Shown: positions 10,384-21,034, numbered from the stretch's first letter. The stretch is DNA of 64,000 bases from an uncultured Actinomycetes bacterium (GCA_963784175.1 CAWAQJ010000018.1:179216-243215), one strand, 5' to 3'. The notes: generated from the letters alone by a model not told the origin. Numbers and translations are program-made.

Positions 10384-11105
10384 GGCGCCTCGGCCAGATG
10401 GAGGAGAAACTCGATGTTGCCCTTCGGCCCGCGCACCGGCGACTCGGCTTCGCCGAGCACGCGCGCGCCCCACACGCTCGCCCGCTCGGCGACCTCGTCC
10501 ACGACGCGGCGACGGACCTCCGGGTCGCGCACGACGCCGCCCTTGCCCACGTCGGCCGGGCCCGCCTCGAACTGCGGCTTGACGAGCACGACGGCCTGCC
10601 AGCCGGGCGCGGCGCAGGCGAGCGCGGGCGGAAACGCCTTGTCGAGGCCGATGAAGGACACGTCACAGGTGAAGAAGGTCGGCCTGTAGGGAAGCTCGTC
10701 GCATTGCAGGCCGCGCACGTTCGTCCGCTCGAGAACGGTCACGCGGGGGTCGTCACGGAGCTTCGGGTGGAGCTGTCCATAGCCGACGTCCAGGGCGATC
10801 ACGCGGGCGGCTCCGGCCTGGAGGAGGCAGTCGACGAAGCCCCCGGTCGAGGCGCCGACATCCAGGCAGTCCTCGCCCGTGACGTCGATCCCGAAGGCCT
10901 CGAGCGCGTGGGCGAGCTTCTCGCCTCCACGGGAGACGAAGCGCGCGCCCTCGGCGAGCTCGAGCCAGGCACCCTCGTCGACCTGCTCGCCGGCCTTCTC
11001 ATGCCCCTTCACGCGCCCGGCGAGCACGAGCGCCTGCGCCTGAGAGCGGCTCTCGGCGAGCCCGCGCTCGACGAGCAGCACGTCCAGGCGTTTCTTGGGG
11101 CTCAC
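10380..11105 (-). CDS. tlyA: TlyA family rRNA (cytidine-2'-O)-methyltransferase
   Basis: S4-like N-terminus KKRLDVLLVERGLAESRSQAQALV. SAM motif CLDVGASTGGFVDCLLQ. Ends KGNIEFLLHL. Synteny tlyA-nadK-recN. Confidence 0.9.
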   Translation of the reverse strand: MSPKKRLDVLLVERGLAESRSQAQALVLAGRVKGHEKAGEQVDEGAWLELAEGARFVSRGGEKLAHALEAFGIDVTGEDCLDVGASTGGFVDCLLQAGAARVIALDVGYGQLHPKLRDDPRVTVLERTNVRGLQCDELPYRPTFFTCDVSFIGLDKAFPPALACAAPGWQAVVLVKPQFEAGPADVGKGGVVRDPEVRRRVVDEVAERASVWGARVLGEAESPVRGPKGNIEFLLHLAEAP

Positions 11106-11157
11106 GGCGAGAGCGTACCCCGCCGACCCCCCGGCGAACTGTCACGAATGAGGTCGG

Positions 11158-11901
11158 TCATCCAGGCCGCAGCTCGGTGACGATCGTCACCCAGGGCGCC
11201 TTGGCGAGGCCGCGCCGGAGCTCGCGCTCGTCGGCGAACCTCTCCGTCAGGACGCGCCCGTCGCAGGCGAGCGTGACCTCGGCTTCGCGGAAGGGCCAGG
11301 GCGAGACCGTGACGCGGGCCGGATCGCCGTCGACGGCTGCGAGCAGGTGCCCTCCGGCCCGCTTCTCCCCTTGGACACCGTGCAGGAAAGCGAGCGAGAG
11401 CCCGTCCCAGTCGAAGAGGAGGTCGCGGTTGCGCCCCACCGCCTCGTCCGTCGCATGCGCCCCGTAGCGCGGGTCGCCGCGCAGGCTCTCCAGCATGCGG
11501 GCCTGGAAGCCGCGCTCCCGCTCGAGGTAGTCGGCGAGCGCCCGCTGGACGTCCTCGTTGCCGGCCGGCGGGAAACGCTCCACGAGCAGCGTTCCGTGGA
11601 GCGAGACGAGGAGCGCCGCGTAGCGCGACTGCGGGACGAGCAGCGTCGCCGCGCCAGACCACAGCTCGAGGCGGCGTAGACGCGGCAGCGCCGAGAACGT
11701 GTACGGCAGGCCGGTCTCCGGGTCGAGCTCCGGCACGCGCTCCCACATCGTCCAGGCGATGTCGTGCTGGTCGGCGGCCAGGCACACCTCTTCCCGGGGC
11801 TCGAAGGGCGCCGCCCAGGCGCGCGCGAGCTGGCCCGAGACCCAGGCATGCGCCGGCTGGCCGATGACGACCGTGCCGTTCGGCGTCTCCCGGTGGAGCA
11901 T
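11158..11901 (-). CDS. conserved hypothetical protein (DUF3891-like)
   Basis: ATG at 11901. 247 aa with clean coding-type composition. The DUF assignment is from memory and unverified. Confidence 0.5.
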   Translation of the reverse strand: MLHRETPNGTVVIGQPAHAWVSGQLARAWAAPFEPREEVCLAADQHDIAWTMWERVPELDPETGLPYTFSALPRLRRLELWSGAATLLVPQSRYAALLVSLHGTLLVERFPPAGNEDVQRALADYLERERGFQARMLESLRGDPRYGAHATDEAVGRNRDLLFDWDGLSLAFLHGVQGEKRAGGHLLAAVDGDPARVTVSPWPFREAEVTLACDGRVLTERFADERELRRGLAKAPWVTIVTELRPG

Positions 11902-11904
11902 CGA

Positions 11905-12744
11905 CTACGCCCGCCGGTCGCGGATCGTGGCCACGATCTCCGCCAGCACCGACGTGTCCGCCGGCAGAGCCTCCAGCCGCTCCTGAACCCGCCCCCGGGC
12001 CTCGTCGGCGAGCTCCCGCGCGCGCTCGAGGCCGTGGAGTGACACGTACGTGACCTTCCCGGCGGCCTCGTCCTTGCCCGGAGTCTTGCCCAGCTCCTCG
12101 GCCGTGCCGGTGGCGTCGAGGATGTCGTCGACGATCTGGAAGAGCACGCCGAGCTCGTCGCCGAAGCTGCGCCAGGCCTCACGTTCTGCGTCCGGGAGAT
12201 CGGCGACGGCCGTCGCGCTCGTCACGGACGCGCGCAGGAGCCTGCCGGTCTTGAGCGCATGGAGCCGCCGCAGGCCGTCCGGGTCGAGCTCGCCGTCGAT
12301 CGTGACGTCGAGGTACTGGCCGCCGATCATCCCGAGGGTCGCGTCGGCGAGCTCGCGCGCCACATCCGGCGACGGATAGCGCAGCGCGAGGCGGAAGGCC
12401 TCCGCCAGGAGCGCGTCCCCGGCCAGGATCGCCACGTCCTCGCCGAACTGCACGTGGGCGCTCGGCTGCCCGCGGCGAAGGTCGTCGTCGTCCAGCGCAG
12501 GCAGGTCGTCGTGGACGAGGCTGAACGTGTGCACGAGCTCCAGCGCGCACGCTGCCGGAAGCAGCTCGTCGGCCTCCCGCCCGAGCGCTTCGCCGGTGGC
12601 GAGGCAGAGCACGGGGCGGATCCGCTTGCCCCCGCCGAGGAGCGAGTAGCGCAGCGCGGCCTCGAGCTTCCCGAGCTCGGCCGCGAAGGGCAGGCCTCCG
12701 AGGAAGTCCTCCGTGAGGCGCCGCAGGTCGTCAGGCCTGTTCAT
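11905..12744 (-). CDS. polyprenyl diphosphate synthase (farnesyl/geranylgeranyl diphosphate synthase type)
   Basis: First and second Asp-rich motifs are LVHDDLPALDDDDLRRG and FQIVDDILD. 279 aa. It follows xseB, as in the E. coli/Bacillus xseB-ispA arrangement. Confidence 0.85.
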   Translation of the reverse strand: MNRPDDLRRLTEDFLGGLPFAAELGKLEAALRYSLLGGGKRIRPVLCLATGEALGREADELLPAACALELVHTFSLVHDDLPALDDDDLRRGQPSAHVQFGEDVAILAGDALLAEAFRLALRYPSPDVARELADATLGMIGGQYLDVTIDGELDPDGLRRLHALKTGRLLRASVTSATAVADLPDAEREAWRSFGDELGVLFQIVDDILDATGTAEELGKTPGKDEAAGKVTYVSLHGLERARELADEARGRVQERLEALPADTSVLAEIVATIRDRRA

Positions 12745-12919
12745 CCGTCTCCCTGCGCGCGCGCTCGACCTCGGCCTGCACCTCCTTGGCGAGTTCGGCC
12801 AGCTCCTGCAGGACCTTCACCGCCTGCTCGGGGTCCTCGGAGTGCTCCAGCTCGACCCGGGCCGCCTCGACCTTCTCGAGGAGCTCCTGGAGGCGGACGA
12901 CAGAATCGGGCTCGTTCAT
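12731..12919 (-). CDS. xseB: probable exodeoxyribonuclease VII small subunit
   Basis: 62-aa helical protein MNEPDSVVRLQELLEKVEAARVELEHSEDPEQAVKVLQELAELAKEVQ... It sits between nusB and the polyprenyl synthase, exactly the xseB slot, with ATGA overlap to nusB. The sequence is divergent and no xseA is in the window. Confidence 0.45.
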   Translation of the reverse strand: MNEPDSVVRLQELLEKVEAARVELEHSEDPEQAVKVLQELAELAKEVQAEVERARRETDEQA

Positions 12920-13289
12920 TGCCTCGCCTCCCGCACGACCCGCCCGAGGATCCCGTTCACGAGCCGGCCGGCATCCTCGCTCGCGTAGCGCTTGGCCAGG
13001 GTGACGGCTTCGTCGACCGCCACCTCGACGGGCACGTCTCCGCGGTCGAGCTCGTAGAGGCCCATGCGGACGACATTACGCTCGACGACGCCGAGCCGGT
13101 CGGCGCGCCACTCGTCGGAGGCCTCGCTGATGCGCTCGTCGAGCTCGGGCGCCTGCTCGGCGACGCCTTCGGCGAGCTCGAGCGCGAACTCGTCCACGTC
13201 GCCCTCGTGGAGGCTCGCCAGCGGCTGCCCGGTGAGGTCCCACTGGTAGAGGAGCTCGAGCGCGGTGCGCCGGGCCGCGCGCCGGCCGC

Positions 13290-13293
<4 letters not shown>
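12916..13293 (-). CDS. nusB: transcription antitermination factor NusB
   Basis: Track ORF trimmed to GTG at 13293, which overlaps the accC stop (GTGA). 125 aa: RRAARRTALELLYQWDL ... AVDEAVTLAKRYASEDAGRLVNGILGRV. Confidence 0.85.
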
Positions 13294-14657
<1,364 letters not shown>

Positions 14658-14669
14658 GGCTCCACCCTC

Positions 14670-16487
14670 CTAGAGCGCGTCGAGCGGCCGGCCGTTCAGG
14701 GGCTCGAGCTCGAAGAGGAGGTCGCCGTACTGCACGGCGGTCTCGTTGTCGACGCAGACTCGCCGGACGACGGCCTCGGCCTCGGCCTTGACCTCGTTCA
14801 TGAGCTTCATCGCCTCGAGGATGCAGAGCGTCTGTCCGGGCTCGACGGTGTCCCCTTCCTCGACGAACGGCGGCGCACCCGGCTCGGGCGCGCGGTAGAA
14901 GGTGCCGACCATCGGCGACTCGATCCTGATGACGTCGCCGGCCGGGGGCTCGACCGCGCCGTCCGGCTCCTCGTGGACCGGGGCCGTCGGCACGGCGACG
15001 CTGGCGAGGGGCATCTCGGCGCGCTCGTCGGAGCGCCGCACGGTGACCCGCATCTCGCCCTCCTCGATCGTCACCTCGCCGATGCCCGACTCCTGGACGA
15101 CGCGGATGATCTCCCGCAGCCGCTCGGCCTCGCTCGGCGTCAGCCCGGCCGTGTCGGACTCGTCGCGCCGGCCTCTCCCGCGAACGGCGCGGAGAAGCGG
15201 CTCGGCGTCCTCGTCGTAGAGCGCGAGCAGGAGCAGCTCCTCCTCGCTCGAGGCCAGGCCCTCGGCGTCCTCGCGGAGCTCCTCGAGCGCCTTCGGGCCG
15301 TTGTCGACGACCGGTACGCCGTCGCCGAGCAGTTCCACGGCACGGCGGACGGTCGGGTCGACGTCGGCCGGCGGCGAGCCGTAGCGCCCCTCGACGAGGT
15401 CGCGCAGCTCGTCGACGACGAAGCGCCAGCGCTGGGCGGAGAGAACGTGCAGGAGCGCCTGCGAGCCGAGCACCTGGCCGATCGGGGACGCGAGCGGCGG
15501 CCACCCACACTCGCGCCGGATCGTCGTCAGCTCTTCGAGGACCTCGTCGAGCCGGTCGGCGGAGGCGTGCTCGCGTAGCCTCGCGTCGAGCTCCGCGACG
15601 AGGCCGGCGGGAAGGCTGTACTCCGCGGCGCGAACGGCCACGCGCGGGGAGAGAGGAGGAACCGGCTCGTCGCCGAGCGCCTCGTCGACGAGCTCCGACC
15701 CGCGCCAGAGCACGTCGAGGTCGACCCCGGCGTCGTGCCCGAGGCCGGCGAGCGCCTGCGTCAGCGCCTCCGCCGAGACGCGATGGAGCGAGAGTGCAAC
15801 CGGGTAGAGCGCGCACGCGATGCGCTCCGCACCGGCGCGCACGGCCTCGATCGCGGCTGCGAGGGCGACGCCGCCTGCGCCCTGGCAGTGGAGCCCGACC
15901 GGCAGGCCGCTGGCCTCCTGCACGCGCTCGACAAGCTCGCGGGCCTTGGCAGGGTGGAGCGAGCTGGCCGGGTCGTGGATGAGCACGCGCGCCGCGCCGA
16001 GGTCGGCCAGCTGGTGCGCCCGCTCGAGCAGCACCTCCGTCTCGCCGGTCGGCCCGGGGCTGTGCACGAGGCCGACGGAGAGCTCCTTGCCGGCGTCGCG
16101 GATCGCGTCGGCGGCCTCGCGGAGGTTCGAGAGGTCGTTGAGGGGGTCGTGGATGCGGAACACGTCGATGCCGCTCGCCGCCGCGCTCGCCACGAAGCGG
16201 CGGACGAGGTCGCCCGAGACCGGGCGCGCGCCCACGAGGAACCGGCCGCGAAGCGCCATGCCCAGAGGGGTCGAGCAGCGCGCGCGGATCGAGCGGATGC
16301 GCTCCCAGGGGCTCTCAACGCCGCGCCGCACGGCGCTGTCGAAGCAGCCGCCGCCCGAGACCTCGAGACAGGCGAAGCCCGCCTTGTCGAGCTCGGCCGC
16401 GAGCTCGTAGAGGCCCGCGGCGGAGACGCGCTCGGCAAGCGGCTCCTGGGAGAGGAGCCGGATCGTCGTGTCGACCAGCTGCGGCAC
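14670..16487 (-). CDS. pyruvate carboxylase subunit B / oxaloacetate decarboxylase alpha-like carboxyltransferase domain fused to a biotin carboxyl carrier domain
   Basis: 605 aa. N-terminal TIM-barrel carboxyltransferase-like region (VDTTIRLLSQEPL..., IHDPASSL, GLHCQGAGG). C-terminal biotinyl domain with CILEAMKLMNEV. It occupies the accB position between efp and accC. Confidence 0.8.
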   Translation of the reverse strand: MPQLVDTTIRLLSQEPLAERVSAAGLYELAAELDKAGFACLEVSGGGCFDSAVRRGVESPWERIRSIRARCSTPLGMALRGRFLVGARPVSGDLVRRFVASAAASGIDVFRIHDPLNDLSNLREAADAIRDAGKELSVGLVHSPGPTGETEVLLERAHQLADLGAARVLIHDPASSLHPAKARELVERVQEASGLPVGLHCQGAGGVALAAAIEAVRAGAERIACALYPVALSLHRVSAEALTQALAGLGHDAGVDLDVLWRGSELVDEALGDEPVPPLSPRVAVRAAEYSLPAGLVAELDARLREHASADRLDEVLEELTTIRRECGWPPLASPIGQVLGSQALLHVLSAQRWRFVVDELRDLVEGRYGSPPADVDPTVRRAVELLGDGVPVVDNGPKALEELREDAEGLASSEEELLLLALYDEDAEPLLRAVRGRGRRDESDTAGLTPSEAERLREIIRVVQESGIGEVTIEEGEMRVTVRRSDERAEMPLASVAVPTAPVHEEPDGAVEPPAGDVIRIESPMVGTFYRAPEPGAPPFVEEGDTVEPGQTLCILEAMKLMNEVKAEAEAVVRRVCVDNETAVQYGDLLFELEPLNGRPLDAL

Positions 16488-16495
16488 GGGCGTTC

Positions 16496-17062
16496 CTAGG
16501 CCCGGGAGATGTAGCGGCGCTCGCGCGTGTCGACCTTGATGCGGTCGCCGACGTTGACGAAGAGAGGCACCTGCACGACGGCCCCCGTCTCCAGCGTCGC
16601 CGGCTTCGTCACGTTCGAGACCGTGTCGCCGCGCACGCCCGGCTCCGTCTCGGACACGCCGAGCTCGACCGAGGTGGGCAGCTGGATCCCGCCCGGGCGC
16701 CCGTCCACCGTCAGGAGCTGGACGCTGGCCGAAGGCTGCAAGAAGTCGAGCTCGCCGGCCACGTCGTTGCGCGGAAGCGTGAACTGCTCGTACGTCTCCT
16801 CGTCCATGAAGACGACCTCGTCACCGGAGTCGTAGAGGTACTGGACGTTCTTCGTCTCCGTACGGACGCGAGGCATCTTCTCGCCGGCCCTGAACGTCTT
16901 GTCGACGACCGAGCCGGACGCGAGGCTCTTGAGCTTCGTGCGCACGAACGCACCGCCCTTGCCGGGCTTCACGTGCTGGAACTCGACGATGCGCCAGACC
17001 TGCCCGTCGAGCTCGACGTGCATGCCGTTCTTGAACTGGTTGGTGGAGACGGTCTCGGCCAC
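16496..17062 (-). CDS. efp: elongation factor P
   Basis: Track ORF trimmed to GTG at 17062. 188 aa: STNQFKNGMHVELDGQVWRIVEFQHVKPGKGGAFVRTKLK... Confidence 0.95.
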   Translation of the reverse strand: MAETVSTNQFKNGMHVELDGQVWRIVEFQHVKPGKGGAFVRTKLKSLASGSVVDKTFRAGEKMPRVRTETKNVQYLYDSGDEVVFMDEETYEQFTLPRNDVAGELDFLQPSASVQLLTVDGRPGGIQLPTSVELGVSETEPGVRGDTVSNVTKPATLETGAVVQVPLFVNVGDRIKVDTRERRYISRA

Positions 17063-17079
17063 GGGCAGGAGTCTAGTGG

Positions 17080-18138
17080 CTAGTGGAGCGTGACCAGATC
17101 CTTCGTGAAGGTCGTCAGCACCTCGGGCCCGTCCTCGCCGACGATGACGAGATCCTCGATCCGGACGCCGCCCAGGCCTGCGAAGTAGACGCCCGGCTCG
17201 ACCGTGACGACGTTGCCCGGGACGAGCGTGTCCGTGGAGCCCGGCCGCAGGATCGGGAGCTCGTGGACGTCCAGGCCGAGGCCGTGGCCGAGCCCGTGGA
17301 GCACGGGCGCGAGGCCCGACGCCTCGATCTCGTCGCGGGCGATCGCATCGAGCTCCGCCCCCGTGGCGCCGGGACGCACCGCTGCCAGCGCGTGCTCCTC
17401 GGCCGAGCGGCACAGGTCGTAGCCCTGCTGGAGCAGCTCGGGGAGCTCGCCGGTCGCGAACGTGCGCGTGCAGTCGGAGCAGTAGCCGTCCACGAGGGCG
17501 CCGGAGTCGACGATCATCGTCTCCCCGGGACCGATCTTGCGGTCGCCGGGATGGTGGTGCGGCAGCGCGGCGTTCGGGCCGGCGGCGACGATGGTCGGGA
17601 ACGCGAGGCCGTCCGCCCCCTCGTCGCGAAGCGTCTTCTCGAACCACCAGGCGACGTCGGCCTCGGTGCGACCGACGACGGATTCCTGCGCCAGCCGCTC
17701 GTAGGCGGCGCTGGTGACGCGTGTCGCCGCGCGGATGGCGTCGAGCTCGGCGTCCTCCTTGACCGCGCGGAGCCCGAGCACGACGCCCTTGGCCGGCACG
17801 AGCGTCGAGCCGTTCGCCGAGAGGGCTCCGTGCGCCGCGACGGTGACGAAGTCCGCCTCGAAGGCGATCGGCGACTCGACGAGCTCGCCGAGGCGCGTCC
17901 CGAGGAAGCTGAAGATGTCGCGGTCGGCCTCGACGAGCTCGACTCCCTCGAGCCTCCGCGCGGCCTCCGTATAGCGGCCGTCCGTGGCGACGAGGACGCG
18001 GTCGCCGTCGACGAGGACGGCGGCGTTCGAGCTGTCGAAGCCCGTGAGATAGCGGACGTTGACGGAGTTCGTGGCGAGAAACGTGGCCGCGCCGAGCGAG
18101 TCCAGCTCCCCCCGCAGCCGTGCGATGCGGTCGTTCAT
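17080..18138 (-). CDS. M24 family Xaa-Pro aminopeptidase
   Basis: 352 aa. Metal-ligand context: IVDSGALVDGYCSDCTRTF, HGLGHGLGLDVHE, VEPGVY...RIED. It lies upstream of efp, as in Bacillus and M. tuberculosis. Confidence 0.9.
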   Translation of the reverse strand: MNDRIARLRGELDSLGAATFLATNSVNVRYLTGFDSSNAAVLVDGDRVLVATDGRYTEAARRLEGVELVEADRDIFSFLGTRLGELVESPIAFEADFVTVAAHGALSANGSTLVPAKGVVLGLRAVKEDAELDAIRAATRVTSAAYERLAQESVVGRTEADVAWWFEKTLRDEGADGLAFPTIVAAGPNAALPHHHPGDRKIGPGETMIVDSGALVDGYCSDCTRTFATGELPELLQQGYDLCRSAEEHALAAVRPGATGAELDAIARDEIEASGLAPVLHGLGHGLGLDVHELPILRPGSTDTLVPGNVVTVEPGVYFAGLGGVRIEDLVIVGEDGPEVLTTFTKDLVTLH

Positions 18139-18563
18139 CCCTGCTCCTTGAGATAGGCGAGTGCTTCCTTGTAGCCGTCAGGCCCCTTGCCGACGATGCG
18201 GTGGGCGACGACGTCGGTGATGACCGACTGGCGCCGCCACTCCTCGCGCTCGTCGATGTTCGAGAGGTGCACCTCGACGACCGGCGCGCCGCAGAGCTCG
18301 AGCGCGTCGCGGATCGCGTAGCTGTAGTGGCTCCACGCGCCGGGGTTGACGATGAGCCCGTTCGCCCAGCGTGTGGAGTCGTGGCACCACTCCACGAACT
18401 GCCCCTCGTGGTTCGTCTGGAAGCAGCGGGCGGAGCAGTCGAGCTCGCGCGCCCACCCGTAGATGCGCGTCTCGAGCTCGCCGTAGCTGAGGCCTCCGTA
18501 GAGGGCCGGGTCGCGCTGGGCGAGCACGTCGAGGTTCACACCGTTCAGGACGGCTACCTGCAT
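18135..18563 (-). CDS. aroQ: type II 3-dehydroquinate dehydratase
   Basis: Track ORF trimmed to ATG at 18563. MQVAVLNGVNLDVLAQRDPALYG ... QTNHEGQFVEW ... NPGAWSHYSYAIRDA. 142 aa. Confidence 0.9.
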   Translation of the reverse strand: MQVAVLNGVNLDVLAQRDPALYGGLSYGELETRIYGWARELDCSARCFQTNHEGQFVEWCHDSTRWANGLIVNPGAWSHYSYAIRDALELCGAPVVEVHLSNIDEREEWRRQSVITDVVAHRIVGKGPDGYKEALAYLKEQG

Positions 18564-18573
18564 GGCGGCGAGT

Positions 18574-19941
18574 CTACTGCCGGATGAGAGCGGCCAGCGC
18601 GGCCCGGGCCTCGCCATCCGGAACGGTCGTGACGACGGGCCGTCCCGGCCTCTCCAGGAGGACGTAGACGCCCTCGCCCTTCTTGTCTCGCTTGAGTGCC
18701 GCCCACGCGACGTCGAGGTCGGCCTCGACCGGTTCGGGGCGCAGGATCTCCTCTACCGCGTCGGTGGGCTGCCCCGAGAGGCGGAGCGCGGCGAGAACGC
18801 CGAGGGCGACGGCCTCGCCGTGGGAGACCCGGTAGCCGGAGCCCGCCTCGAGCGCGTGCGCGAACGTGTGCCCGAGGTTGAGCCACGCGCGGCGGCCCTC
18901 CGTCTCGTACGGGTCGGAGAGGACGACGCCGGCCTTGTACGCGGCGCAGGCGCGGATCATGTCCGCCTCCTTCAGCTTCCAGACGTCGTGCCCCGCGAGC
19001 AGACCGGTCTTCACGACCTCGGCCATGCCGGCACGGCGCTCGTTCTCGGGGAGCGTGGCCAGGACGCTCGGGTTGATGCCTACCGACTCCGGGAAGTGGA
19101 ATGCGCCTGCGAGGTTCTTCCCGTCGGCCGTGTTGATGCCCGTCTTGCCCCCGATCGCGGCGTCGACCTGCCCGGTGAGCGTCGTAGGGACGGCGATCCA
19201 GGGAATCCCGCGCAGATAGGTCGCAGCGACGAAGCCGACGAGATCCGTCGTCGAACCTCCGCCGAGCGCGATGATCGTGCCGTCGCGGCCGAGCGTGAGC
19301 TCGCGCCAGAGTCGCTCGACGACCGCGAGCGACTTGGCCGCCTCACCCGCAGGGACCGTGAGCACCGGCCGATCGCCCGCCGGGGGATGGAGCCGAAGAA
19401 CGCGCTCGTCCGCCACGACGACGGCAGGCCCGCTCGTGACGATGCCGCCCGGAACAGCGATCCGCAGGGCGGCCAGCAGCACGTCCTCGACGCTCACCGC
19501 GGTCGCGTCCGCAGCCTCCGCGTACACGGCCTGACGGGACTCGTAGAGCTTGCGGAAGTCGGCCTCGCGCTTCGCCAGGGGCCGGTCGGAGCCGCGCACG
19601 CGCTTCCAGGCCGTCTCGACCCCGACGTCCAGGTAGACGGTGAAGGCACGGGCGCGCAGACGCTCGCGGGAGAGCGGGGAGAGAACGGCACCGCCGCCGA
19701 GCGCGATGACGGCGTCCGCGCCCGCGAGCACCTCGGCGAGCGTCTCTTCCTCGAGGCGGCGAAACTCGTGCTCGCCCCGCTCCTCGAAGAGCTCGGGGAC
19801 CGGGCCGTGGCGCTTCTCGATCAGCCGGTCGAGGTCGACGAACGGACGCGCCGTCAGGGTCGCCACGCGGGCACCGACCGTCGACTTCCCGGCGCCCATG
19901 AAGCCCGAGATGGCGAGGTGGCGGCCTAGGGCGCCGACCAC
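18574..19941 (-). CDS. aroK/aroB: bifunctional shikimate kinase / 3-dehydroquinate synthase (single ORF)
   Basis: Track ORF trimmed to GTG at 19941 (16-nt overlap with aroC). Shikimate-kinase Walker A ISGFMGAGKSTVG. Then AroB motifs ALGGGSTTDLVGFVAATYLRGIPWIAVPTTLTGQVDAAIGGKTGIN and HTFAHALE. 455 aa. Confidence 0.85.
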   Translation of the reverse strand: MVGALGRHLAISGFMGAGKSTVGARVATLTARPFVDLDRLIEKRHGPVPELFEERGEHEFRRLEEETLAEVLAGADAVIALGGGAVLSPLSRERLRARAFTVYLDVGVETAWKRVRGSDRPLAKREADFRKLYESRQAVYAEAADATAVSVEDVLLAALRIAVPGGIVTSGPAVVVADERVLRLHPPAGDRPVLTVPAGEAAKSLAVVERLWRELTLGRDGTIIALGGGSTTDLVGFVAATYLRGIPWIAVPTTLTGQVDAAIGGKTGINTADGKNLAGAFHFPESVGINPSVLATLPENERRAGMAEVVKTGLLAGHDVWKLKEADMIRACAAYKAGVVLSDPYETEGRRAWLNLGHTFAHALEAGSGYRVSHGEAVALGVLAALRLSGQPTDAVEEILRPEPVEADLDVAWAALKRDKKGEGVYVLLERPGRPVVTTVPDGEARAALAALIRQ

Positions 19942-21005
19942 GAGATGCGCTCCACGTACGCGCGCCAGGCGCCCACGAAGTCGTCGAGCGCGTCGCCGCC
20001 GAACTTCTCCTTCGCGGCGCGGGCGAGCTCGAACGCCACGCAGGCTTCGGCGACGACGGCCAGCGCTTCGACGGCCGCGACGTCGGAGCGCTCGACGAGC
20101 GCCTGCGCGGGCTCGCCGGTTTCCAGGTCGGCCGAGCGCAGGGGCTTCATCAGGGTCGGCAGCGGCTTCATCGCGGCGCGCACGACGACCTCCTCGCCGT
20201 TGGAGATGCCGGCCTCGATCCCGCCGGCCCGGTTCGTCTTCCGCCGGTAGCCGCTCTCGTCCCGGAAGATCTCGTCGTGGGCCTCGGAGCCGCGGAGCCC
20301 CGCGAGGCCGAACCCGTCGCCGATCTCGACTCCCTTGACTGCCTGCGTGCCCATCAGCGTCCAGGCCAGGCGCGCGTCGAGACGCTCCTCCTTCGTCGCG
20401 TAGGAGCCGAGACCGGGTGGAACGCCGCGCGCGCGAACCTCGACGACCCCTCCGATGGTGTCGCGGTCGGCCCGTGCGTCGTCGATCTTGGCCTCCAGCT
20501 GGTCGGTGGCGACGCTGCTCTCGATGTCGATGCCGATCTCGCGCAGGAGCGCCTTCGCCGCGCCGCCCGCCGCGACGATCGCGGCCGTGTGGCGCGCGCT
20601 CGCGCGCTCGAGGGCATCCCGGACGTCGGAGAGCCCGTACTTCATGACGCCCGCGAGATCCGCGTGACCGGGGCGCGGCAGCGTGACGGCCTCCTTGCCC
20701 TTTCCCGTCGGCTCGCCCTCGGGCGGCCATGGGCTCATCCCCCACGTCCAGTTCTTGTGGTCGCGGTTGCGGACGACGAGCGCCAGGGGCGTGCCCAGCG
20801 TGCGCCCGTGCCGGAGCCCGGCGAGAACCTCGACCTCGTCGGTCTCGATCTGCTGGCGCGGGCTGCGCCCGTAGCCCTGCTGCCGGCGCCGAAGATCCTC
20901 CTCGATCGCCGCGCGCTCGAGCACGAGCCCGGCGGGAAGGCCGGTGACGATGGCGACGAGCCCGGGGCCGTGGGACTCGCCTGCGGTGGTGAGGGTGAGA
21001 GCCAC
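19926..21005 (-). CDS. aroC: chorismate synthase
   Basis: Track ORF trimmed to GTG at 21005. LTLTTAGESHGPGL ... RPGHADL ... GGIEAGISNGEE. 359 aa. Confidence 0.95.
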   Translation of the reverse strand: MALTLTTAGESHGPGLVAIVTGLPAGLVLERAAIEEDLRRRQQGYGRSPRQQIETDEVEVLAGLRHGRTLGTPLALVVRNRDHKNWTWGMSPWPPEGEPTGKGKEAVTLPRPGHADLAGVMKYGLSDVRDALERASARHTAAIVAAGGAAKALLREIGIDIESSVATDQLEAKIDDARADRDTIGGVVEVRARGVPPGLGSYATKEERLDARLAWTLMGTQAVKGVEIGDGFGLAGLRGSEAHDEIFRDESGYRRKTNRAGGIEAGISNGEEVVVRAAMKPLPTLMKPLRSADLETGEPAQALVERSDVAAVEALAVVAEACVAFELARAAKEKFGGDALDDFVGAWRAYVERISWSAP

Positions 21006-21034
21006 GGGGGAAAGCCTACGGCGCGGCCACGTTG

